In this document: positions 53,470-64,000 of the stretch, piece after piece | How the letters are laid out: each line of letters starts with the position of its first letter | Position numbering within the stretch: position 1 is the first letter of the stretch | Source: Raillietiella orientalis | Taxonomy: Eukaryota | DNA length: 64,000 nt | Direction of reading: 5' to 3' | Assembly: GCA_036172245.1 (NCBI GenBank) | Contig: JAYWIR010000020.1 | Span: 2,666,001-2,730,000, forward strand | Notes under the pieces: generated by a model | What the model was told of the DNA's origin: nothing | Seen by the model: only the letters and a program-made list of their open reading frames with translations | Databases searched by the model: none | Translations under genes and position numbers: made by a program

Positions 53470-54450
53470 TTCAAACCGAGAAGCTCAATGGGGTATCTTG
53501 TATAAGGTTGAAACTAAACAGATACAAGACATTTGATGCTAATGATGGACGTGAACGAGGTGAACAAAAATATGAGCACTATGAGTAACATAGTGTTGTT
53601 AAGTCTCATTTAATGCTGACATTCTGACAAAGAACTGATACTGAACGAGGAAGCAAAAATGAGCCTGTCTTCTTTAGAAGATATGTGATGATTAAAATAG
53701 ATGTAGACCAAGGTGTGGTTTAGATACCTGTTTCAATACTAAGCTAAGGTTGATTTGCAAGCCATTTCCTGTATGAAATGTAATGAACAGGAAATATATC
53801 GTGAAATAATGTTCTAATTAGTGAAAGTTGAGAATTGGAGGGAACAGGGCAAGGAATTCTGCAGAAGTCTACTTGGAACAACTTTCTTAAAGACATCGTC
53901 TCATGAGTGATGGAAGTTAGGTCTGTTTGGTCCTTGATAAGTGGCTGTGGTATTCTGGCCTTGCTAGACCAATATGTGACGATTAGCTTTTTTAATTGAT
54001 AGAGCAATGGAAGGAATGTAATGGGCACGATTGTCTTGTTTTATGGTGTTGAATTTGCTACGGTGAAAACCTACAATGAATTCAGGGGGCGTGGTTCGAG
54101 TTTAGAACCATGTGTTCCTTGATTTTTAAAAGTGGAAACGAGATAAGAATGCAGAAGGGATGGTGTTCGAAGTGGACGAAGAATGGATTTTTAGGTATCT
54201 GATTAGGCAGGCAGAGTTACGATCTTAACATGACGGGAAAATTACCTAACGAACAGCAGGGTAATTTTCGCGGAGCATTCAGATTGATATAGAAGTCTGC
54301 TATCTCGATGTTGGACCAGGCATCTGCAGGGAGGGGTAGAAAAATTGGAGCTCCAGTAGTCTGCCCTACTGAAACTCCTACACGATTTACTTTTCGATCG
54401 GTTCGATCGAGGTGGGCCTCTGTCTTTTGATTAGGATGAAATATTCCAGC
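53470..54450 (+). pseudogene. rrnL: NUMT: degenerate mitochondrial large-subunit rRNA (16S)
   Basis: Colinear decayed 16S landmarks: gtatcttgtataagg; aaggaattctgcag; ttaaagacatcgtctc; ggctgtggtattctggccttgc; attagcttttttaattg; ttgaattt..gtgaaaa; aattacc..cagggtaatttt; ctcgatgttgga; ctacacgattt; aggtgggcctctgtct. The G/T-skewed strand is as expected. Confidence 0.8.
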
Positions 54451-54479
54451 TGGAGAGTTGAAACTATTTTCAATTAAAG

Positions 54480-55010
54480 GATGCCCTCAAACATAAGTTG
54501 CCGATAAAACAGCGGTTGTTTGAATCCATGATAGAGCTCTTGAGTGTAGGAAACGTGATGTTGATCGACCGCAAGATTTTGAGAAGCATACAATGAGATG
54601 ACAGTCCGAATCAGGTAGGAATGGGGCTGATGCCTGTGGGGATGGTTTACAGTTGTTGGGCAAGGGGTATTCTGAATCGACGAATAGGTGTAAAGTTAGT
54701 TACAAGTTGGACCTTGTATTACGCTTGAGTTAATAATGGGGGTATGAATAATGTTTCCGAGGCATGGGGAGGTGTTGGTGAATTGATGAGATCAATGCTA
54801 TTTATTATTTGAGTTGTAGAATGTATGAGGTATTGGTGGGTGAATCGGTTAGAAATAAGAAATGTAGCCATAGTAGTGTGCTCTGTGGCTTAGATAATAA
54901 AAGCAACTTTTATGAGATGCGTTTCATACAGAGTTGCATGATCTGAGATTGGAGAGGAGACTACCTATTCGTAGGTAGGAAGAACGGTGATGCGGACTGT
55001 GGTATATTTA
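54480..55010 (+). pseudogene. rrnS: NUMT: probable degenerate mitochondrial small-subunit rRNA (12S)
   Basis: ttgccgataaaacagcggtt resembles GTGCCAGCAGCCGCGGTT. Later aatcgac, cttgtattacg, agatcaa and a 3' gtaggtagg..acggtgatgcg segment fall in 12S order. Same G/T skew, weaker than rrnL. Confidence 0.5.
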
Positions 55011-55299
55011 GATTAATTGCTTGCCTCCTTGTTTTTAGGAGGGTGAGTCTGAGTTAATTTCAGATTATGAGGTAGACCATAGGTGCAGTATAATTGCATT
55101 CTTATTTTCAGTGGTTTATTGAAGATTATTGAGTACACGGTTGTTTATGGGAAATGAATGAGAGTCGAAGCAGAAGCCGATTAGTAGCCAAGACGAATTT
55201 TCAAAAGAACTTGCAGCCAGTGCTACTCAAGCACCAAGAACTTCAGGCCGTCCCTTCTGAGAACTTGCTGTAGACCTATTGCTTCAGTAGGAGTGAAAA

Positions 55300-56300
55300 T
55301 TCAAGGTTATAGGACGATGGGGGATTCGCACAGTTGAAATTTTGAAGAAACAGAAGAAGAAAGCAATCTGCGGCAGCATGCAAAGAAGCCTCTGCGTGCC
55401 TGAAGAAGCAGACCCTCGGCTGATGCGAAACCGAAGATCGTAAAAAAGGAAACAGAAAACAGGGAACAAGTACTGAAGGTGCGGTAATTTGATTAGCATC
55501 GGATTGCGAACTGAAGAGCAACTCTTTTTGCCGAACATGGCTAACGAAACCACAATTAAAAACCAGTTTCCAATACGTATCAAAGCCTGTACGTTTTTAT
55601 GATTGTGACCCAGTTCGTTACACTCTTTTGGTTATTCTGGATTTCTAGGGTGATTGTGAAATTTTCGTTCTACAACTAGCACACACTAAAGGTAAACTCT
55701 TACAGCGTAAACAGGTGGATTGCATACTCGGTGATATCAGCACTTGCAAGAGCGACTCAACAAAAACTTCCCTTCGGGTTCATATTCGGACAGCATATCC
55801 ATGTTCTAATGGAGCATTCAATGCAAGCTATGGGATTTATTTCCATCAATTTTCTTGTCAAAACAACTTTAAAACTCTCCAAATGCAGCGAAGAAACACC
55901 AGATTGCCTTACCTGGTGCTTTCCTGGTTTTCAGTCTTTTTTGTAATCTCAGGCAAGTTCTTAGACAAAATCTGAACTGGACTACGTGATTGATTCGAGC
56001 CAAGATAAATCAACTCGGCGTTCATACATAGTCTCAATCTTCGTGGTAATCAAAGGAAATTGATTACAGCTGGCTACGATCATTACATCGGGTGAAAATA
56101 CCCGTTGCTCCATTCCCCCTTAGCTATTACTCTAGGATCAACTTCTATGCCGCAGGGTTGACATTGGACCTCTGTTCAGCACAGACGTCTTTCGTGTTAG
56201 CATCCTTTCCCAAACCTCGTTCCAATGAATTTAAGGGAATCTCAGCTTCTTAGATTTGCTTCGTTTTCTTGAAACCTTCAAACTTATTTTTTGGTGCTAA
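55300..56300 (-). mobile_element. Decayed non-LTR RT fragment
   Basis: LKTRKAPGK (K..KAPG.D), IQNNQ (I...Q) and TGFDT (KAFD) in order. Confidence 0.4.
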
Positions 56301-57836
56301 ACTGTTCAAATAACTCTTGGATACTGGCCTATTTAGAAATCAGAAACAAATAAGTGATCCAGTCAATTACTTGTCGAGCTTTCTTATCAAGTTGTATATT
56401 GTGGATTATGGTGATTTGCTTGATATCTCCCGAGATGAAAACAAAAATTGCATCCCCTTCCAAGGCTTGAATTTCAGATTTCATAGAAATCTTTCAGATC
56501 ATATAAAGGCAACAAACAAAAGCCAATATATTGCTACCAAGTTCAACAGCAGAATACTGTGAGCACTTCATGAGCTCGTTGTAGCTTCTTATTTCTGTGG
56601 TGGAAGTTCTTGTTTCTTCGAATAATAAACAAACCGGAAAAAAAGAAAAGCTAACAAGGACTCGGGAACATGCTTTAAAAGGTGCAAACCAGATATGCTA
56701 CACACAAAATAATGCATGACATTATGTAGGTAATTCTTTGTTGAATCTGTTACTTATTAATAAAGAAGAAAATTAAGATAACCATTTGTAACTACTTGAG
56801 CTAAATTTGAAATGATTTGGCATTTTTCAACTTCCTATACGTTCCCATTCATTCATTTATTAAGCTTATGGGCATTATTCATTTTTAAAAAAATACTCAT
56901 TGATTGATTCCCCCGAACCAAATCTGCAAAACTGATAAAACGTTAATTTTCCGGCATTTTACAAATCATAATTATTGTTATTTGCAGCTTTCCTTTTAAT
57001 AGGCAATTCCAACCTTCCCATGTGATGTGGGAACCCCACGCTGATGCGCACCCGTGATGGCAAATCCCGGTGAAGATGTGACAACGTTGAAACTTTGGAT
57101 CCCCCCCCCCCCACTTTCGAGCCGTGTATCATAGCAGTGCACGAAAGTGAAGCTTGATTTCCATGAAGGAAACAAGGTCTCGCATTTCCAAGGAATGAAT
57201 ATTTTATTTTGAACGCTTCTTTGCAAAATGAATATTTTATTTGGACTTGCTTTGTATCTAGAACTCGAATTATACCTACCAACTGTTTCGCTGATTTCAA
57301 GCCAAGAAAGCAAGTCCGAAAACTCATAAACATTAAAGAAGTAGTTCCCTTTAATGTTTGGTTCCCATGATTAAAGAAGCACTTGGAATTTCAATGGACT
57401 TTATTTTATCAGTCTACAAAGCTCCCTTATCACTTGTCATAAATTTGACAGTTTTGTGTTATTCAGTAACATGAAAACAGCCGAACAGAATGAATCGTTT
57501 AATGCAGAAGCATTCACATATTTCACAAGTTCAACTCAGATCTGGAATATACTAACAATTCTGGCAAAGGACCAAAGCTTGCCAGAATAATAGCTAAGGA
57601 GCATTACAAGATACACTGGATTCAAATAATCCAGGGCTCATGGCAATAAAACTGCAAACCATGTGCTGGTTTGGGAAAGTACAATCATCATTCATCACAT
57701 CCTACATAATACATAATACTAATATACTCATCATAATGATAACAGAATTACTTTAATAACTGTAAACTCAATAAATGGAACTAACTGCAAAGTGAACTGA
57801 CTATAATCCAAAGCATTCCATTTTTTTTTTTTTCTT

Positions 57837-58385
57837 AAGCATAATTATGGAGGAAATAAAAAGCTTGGCCTTTTATCTCCAAGATGCTTTTGATTACATC
57901 CATGAATCTCACAATCCTATTCAAAACCACTAAAGCGATTGGAATCTGCTCATCACAATAACAAAACTGAAAAAGGTTTCAGAAACCACAAAGACTTCAA
58001 CCCAATGGAATGCACCACTGTGGAGATTCCAATCAGCTCTTGCTTGCACATTCCTCTAGCACTCTTGATATTTTTAGTATGATAAAAAGTAACCAAATTT
58101 CAGAATTAAAACCTTTGTGTGAAATTCTATAATACATGTTTTCCATGAACACATTCTTCTTTTAATGTTTTCGGATGTATAAATAATAGCAGAGTACGTA
58201 TATAGTCCCAAATCAGTCTACTATGAATCATTAAAACTAATGTGACAAGAGTCAACACAAAAAACCCTCTGGCAAGTATGAATGCATACTACATCACAGT
58301 GTCTCTCATTGAGGATAAATACAATGAATGAAACATAAAAGCTCATTAGATGAACATCTTCGTTCATGTTTGGATGGCTGAATCC
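57837..58385 (+). repeat. Direct repeat of about 550 bp, copy 1
   Basis: Nearly identical to 62004-62552, with only scattered substitutions. Confidence 0.95.
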
Positions 58386-59899
58386 TTGAAATCCCTAATA
58401 ACATAAACGTGCCTTTTTTTCTGCACATGCTCTAAATCTCTTTTTTGTTCTTCCACTGGTTCAGTAGCAGATAAATGGAGGAAAATTTCTGTTTTTTCCT
58501 GTTTCAATGAAAACTCCAAGATATTCCAAATAATACTTTAGAACTCATTCACCAACCTACATGTTTTCACTTCTCAGTTTCCTGTCTGGCTAGAAATAGG
58601 TCACCTGGTTGCTCTAGTACTGCACATAATACAGACTTTCTTATTAATTCCTGATGTGGTCCACTAGTACTATGTTTCAGAGTTCCAGGTCACACTAAGT
58701 TTCAGAAGCTACATAAAAGTCAGGTGTCATACCCAATTGTGATTCCAGTGCAAAGAGCTGAAGTACCTACCTAAGAAAATAGCTTTACATCTCTAAATCC
58801 ACATTCAAAGTAAATCAGGTTTCAGAATGCAAACTAAGTCTTAAAGGGAAGCACACCTCAACTGCTCTCAAGAAAATTTTTGTCTTCACAAAATCAAATG
58901 ATAATTCAAAGAAAGTAACTTGGGCAATTTGAAATAAAAGCCATTCCATAGTAAAAATTAAAAATGGATTTAAAATTGAGAACTTCAAATCTATTGCCAT
59001 AATTCACATCAATACCTAGCATTACATGAGCACTAAGCAACACTGATTATAAAAATTTGCACTTGCAAACAATAAGTGGTTCACAGGCAAATTTTAGTTC
59101 CATAAAAGGAAATTCTAAAACGTGCTATAATTTTTAGGCCTGGTGGTTTATTTTGGATCCTTACAAAATTACTGCTGATTGAAGTACATGAGAATGACTT
59201 TAAAAATCATAAAATGCCAATTTCTTCTAGATATCAATAATAATTTCATTAGTAAACAAAAATATGAATAAGTTGTTTATGGAAGAACACCAATCCACTT
59301 CTCTAAGCAAGCTATGAAAAAACTAAATAATGAAAATGCTATTTTACTTCCTCAAAATAACTTGTAAATCCATTTTCAGAAAACACAAAAACTTATAAAC
59401 AGTTAAAATTAAAATACATGTTATAAAAAAAAGTTGAAACAATGAAACTTTATACCTAAACTTCATTGACAAAAGGACTGCTCTTATAAAAATAGTTCCT
59501 GCACATCACACAATAACAATTATAAACTATCCACTTGAAGGAATCACACAAAAACGTTATTCCAGTTTTAGGTACAGGAAAAACTGAAGAATAATCTGAA
59601 AGTTCATATAGCACCTCTAGACACACACTTAGTTATACAATGCTAATAATGATACAGTACAAAAGACTGAAGTGTATACCCAAAGAGTATCAAAATTGTT
59701 TCCTGATTTTCAGACTTTAACCACGGAATGAGATAAATGTGGAGGAAAAAAATTACAATGCTACCAGAAAATCATGGCAACTACAGAAAACGGAAAACTT
59801 AATGATATTTCATGAGCTAGTTCAGGGATTATCATATGGAAACATTACTCCTACAAACTGAAATTACATTGCTGACTTTCTCTTTGACAACACAGATTC

Positions 59900-60240
59900 A
59901 AGAAAATGAACTTTGCATAACACGCTGAGGAACGCATAAGCTTCACCAGATCTGAACCTGATAGGACTCATAAACAAACGGATTCCAAGGATTTGAGCAT
60001 CACTCTTGGTGGTGAATGGCGTATTCTTTGATTAATACCAATCAGTGATGGTTAGCAGGATCCTAACGTGTTCATTCTTCCAGTCCTTGCGAAGATCCAT
60101 CTTTGCACGAAGCCTCTATGATGATCTGAAGCATCACTTTATTTGTTGACAACATACCAAGCAAACTACAGATTTTCTGAACCCTGCTTACATGAACACA
60201 TGGGCACTTCGAACAGTCTCGCCAAGTATTCTGTAAAGTT
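59900..60240 (-). mobile_element. Decayed RT C-terminal fragment
   Basis: RAKMDLRK (GAK.N..K) then PFTTKSDAQILGIRL (PF......KILG). Confidence 0.35.
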
Positions 60241-62003
60241 TGAAACTTTTACAGACTGGTTTCGAATATAATTGTGTAATTCAAAAGATCCAAATGTGCT
60301 TATGTATTTTATGTAAAATACTCTGATATTTAAGCTGGTTGGGATATTCTGACTTTTTTTGCATCCTTCGATGAATGAAGTGCATTAAATACCTAATCTA
60401 TATTATTTGAGTAAATCAGCATATCTACATCTTTGCAATAAAAATCGTCTTTACATTTGTATAATTCTAAGTACGAACAACTGATTTGTCTATGGTTCAG
60501 TGATGCTTATTTTATGCAATTGCTAATCTTACTAATCTTTTTTCATTCACAATTTAGAAAACATAAAGTTCAAGAACAGTCAAAGAGTCCAGAGTAAAAA
60601 TTCATCATGTATTCCTTCAGAATTGGAACTGAGTATTTCCATACTCCTGAAATGCTTCAAAAAACATCATGATGTTTGGCATCTGGAAACATATAGTTTT
60701 TACTGCATACACCCATCAGCCAGAAGTGCAGCATCAACAGATTTTTCAATGATCTCTCATTTAATTGATAATGCTTTTTATTGTATCTGATTTGAAAAAA
60801 TGTTCCAGAGCAAATTCTGATCTTTCGTTGGCTATTTGATCTCACACACTGGTAACATTAAACAGTAAATAAGGAAATGACTATAACTGTATGACATTGA
60901 CTTTCACCGTAGCACATTTGCCTAAATCCTTCTGTAGGCTATAGTCTTGTAATAGCAGTTGTAATAACCTTTACTATCTCCTTTTGTGATTGTGTTAATT
61001 ATTAACAGTGCTGCCGATTATAACTGAACTTATGTGGATTCATTCAATGAACGTCTTTTTATCCTCCGTTTTAATCTGTGCATGCTACTAAATTGTAGAC
61101 GTTTTTTCTGTTTTCTTTTCACAGACAGACTGGTGTACAGCCTTCAATTTTCAGATAGGAATACCTTTTTATCCTCTCTTATTCTCAATCTTCCTATTAT
61201 CAATGAGCGCACAGATATTTATCAGCACGGCAAAAGTACTTTCAATTAGATGTTTGCGATAACCGAGTTTCCTTAATATAATATCCTAGTATCCTAAAAA
61301 TGCATTTTTTTTTTTTATTGATGGCCTTGATATCTCAAAATTAGAATGTAGTCCTCTCGTTGCCATTGGTTGCTAATTTTTCCAATGAGTTGTCTGAACA
61401 TTTTTGTTGAGACGTGTGCACGAACCTATTCACAAATACGGAACTGTGTTTACGCACTTAATTAAGGAACCTGAGAGATTCATGAAAACGAAAATAAATC
61501 GGCAAAAATGATCAAAGGACGCAACTTACATTTCAATATAGAATGTGTGATGTAAACAAATTGCCAAGTGCACTCTCATATTTATGATGCATCAACCGCT
61601 AAATCGGCAGAAATGATTCCAAATTTCCTCTATCGTTTGAAGCAGCATCAGATTTAAGTTAACCTGCTGCTCCTGTTTAAGCTCAGTTTCCCAACTTATG
61701 AATTAGATTTCATGGTTCTCATCATTCTGAATTTAAGAATGCTCGTACAGCCAGCATTCAAAACGAGGAACTGTTTTCAGAAAGGTATGTCTACGCTTCA
61801 ACACAAGCTTACCTTCAACCCTTTCCACTTAATGATGGAAACTTTTCAATAGAAGAAAACCCAAGCTTTCAAAATCACTGCAAGAGAAACCACTTTCATA
61901 AGAAAGAACTGTTCCTGCAAAATAGATATCCAAAATAATCCAAAATCTCTAATTTCTTTTTTGTAGCTATTTATTGGACAGGAACTCTGGCAATGTTCTC
62001 GAC

Positions 62004-62552
62004 AAGCACAATTATGGAGGAAATAAAAAGCTTGGACTCTTATCTCCAAGATGCTTTTGATTACATCCATGAATCTCACAATCCTATTCAAAACCACTAA
62101 AGCGATTGGAATCTGCTCATCACAATAACAAAACTGAAAAAGGTTTCAGAAACCACAAAGACTTCAACCCAATGGAATGCACCACTGTGGAGATTCCAAT
62201 CAGCTCTTGCTTGCACATTCCTCTAGCACTCTTGATATTTTTAGCACGATAAAAAGTAACCAAATTTCAGAATTGAAACCTTTGTGTGAAATTCTATAAT
62301 ACATGTTTTCCATGAACACATTCTTCTTTTAATGTTCTCGGATGTATAAATAATAGCAGAGTACGTATATAGTCCTAAATCAGGCTACTATGAATCATTA
62401 AAACTGATGTGACAAGAGTCAACACAAAAAACCCTCTGACAAGTATGAATGCATACTACATCACGGTGTCTCTCATTGAGGATAAGTACAATGATTGAAA
62501 CATAAAAGCTCATTAGATGAATGTCTTCTTTCATGTTTGGACGGTTGAATCC
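62004..62552 (+). repeat. Direct repeat of about 550 bp, copy 2
   Basis: Matches 57837-58385 at an offset of 4167 bp. Confidence 0.95.
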
Positions 62553-64000
62553 ATGACATGCACTTTTTCTGCACACACTTTATAATGGAATCTCAGCATG
62601 CCTTTTTGCAATCTGCACCACAGTCAAGTAGTTTGGTATACTAAAAGAATACCATGTGAACTTCACCATGAGATGACAATTTTTCCAAAATGGCTGATTT
62701 TCCTTCCCATCTCTCCAAACTTATCTTACTGTAAATGATGTAAATGAGTGCTACTCTATGATATTAATGTGACAGTATTGATGCAATGCAGTTATTGGCC
62801 TAGAGCAACATGAACAGTATGGCGTGACCTTTTTCATGGAAAATATATCACGTATTGTAATTTGTGAATTCACAAAGAACTTAAAGGGTGATTCTAGTTG
62901 TAGTTTATGATACTAATTTTTCGGAGAATAGCTCGGATTAGGCTAGACTACACTTTAAAACGAACACTGTGCCTTAACCAACACTTTCCATAGTAATCGA
63001 AGTGGGAATCGAAGTGAAGCTGAGAACGATACCAGGTATTGGCATATGTAAGTTTTTCAGGGCAATTAAAGATCTGCGATCAGGACATTTGGTAGTCTCA
63101 CGCTTTCCACAGTCAGTCAATCTCCCAAATTACTAGGGAAAAAATAATTCACTGATTCCATAGTGAAAGAAAGTTTCAGGATTCTTAACCCTTTGAGTTT
63201 CTAAAGCACGACGTCTAAGACATTCTGTTCCTTTAAAAAGAGTTCATCGGAACAATTGCTTTGAAAAGACTGGATTATTATTGGTTTGTAAGGATGCAGG
63301 TAGAAATGCAGGCCAACCTTTTAATTAGTTTTTTGAAAGAGGGATGCATAAGCTAAGTATGTTTTTTATGCACTCCAGTGGATCCATGAACGAACAGGAG
63401 TTAGCAAACATCTGATGCCATTCATCCTGCGTAAGTCCTTTTAGGCAATCCATTCCATCATGCAATCGCCGGCTGCAAGAAAGACATTGGCCATCGACGG
63501 GCGAGAATCCACGGAAAATGAAAAAGCTCTGAAAAGTGCTCGATTTGAAGATATGCTACATTTCATGAAGATGGATTTCTCTTTAGATCCTTGCCGTAAC
63601 AGAATCCAGATGCATACCGTGAAACGGTTTGCGCACTCATGGAAGACTCGGATTAGAAGTGAAGGTTAGCAAACCAAATAAATTGGGCATTTTGAAGAGG
63701 TGTTTAGAGCTGAAAGACAAGCAAGCAGAGTTCAAGACCCTAATCTCTATCGCTTGCAGATTTTGAAGGTGTTTCTTTCTTTCTCATTCCTTTGTGTCCA
63801 ACAATTGCCTCGAGAATTTCTTAAATGCTTGAATTTCGGATAATAGCAGAGAAGTTGTGAATTTGAGAACTGACCACAAGCTACATCTCGAGACTTTGGG
63901 ACTTCGAGTGTTGCATTTGTCAAGAGTCTTTCGAGATGATCTCAGGGACGCGCGTCTTTATGTGTAAAAAAAGAAAAAAAAAAAGGGAAAAACTCGTTTC

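Noticed and set aside
53470..55010. Functional rRNA genes or a true mitochondrial or bacterial contig
   Set aside because: Universally conserved positions are mutated and the segment is embedded in nuclear repeats.
57837..62552. LTR retrotransposon bounded by the 550-bp repeats
   Set aside because: No TG...CA termini, PBS, PPT or gag/pol coding between the repeats.
63185..63196. TTAACCCTTT as a piggyBac terminus
   Set aside because: No matching inverted end or transposase found in the window.
1..64000. The many 60-280 aa ORFs in the supplied track as genes
   Set aside because: They overlap in all frames, often cross homopolymer runs and show no coherent domain. They are expected by chance in GC-rich repeats or are pieces of decayed TEs.

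Overview
Eukaryotic nuclear DNA, most likely from an arthropod (Tweedle cuticle gene, arthropod-like mitochondrial rRNA remnants). It is not prokaryotic, and nearly all ORFs in the supplied track are spurious. I can support only one intact gene: a two-exon Tweedle/DUF243 cuticular protein gene on the minus strand (5384-6350). Most of the rest is a graveyard of heavily decayed non-LTR retrotransposon fragments (mostly L1/Tx1-like APE, RT and C-terminal zinc-finger motifs recognised by eye). The window also holds a degenerate Hsmar1-like mariner, a dispersed GC-rich repeat family with a tRNA-like B-box head and two alternative 3' tails (candidate SINE), an old mitochondrial insertion (rrnL, probably rrnS and a cytb piece) near 53-55 kb, and several local duplications. 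Composition shifts from GC/CpG-rich (about 1-27 kb) to AT-rich and CpG-poor (after about 56.5 kb). I found no convincing new multi-gene system. The best leads are the modular SINE-like family and the NUMT with an unusual gene order. All similarity calls are by-eye motif matches, not database results, and transposon boundaries are approximate.
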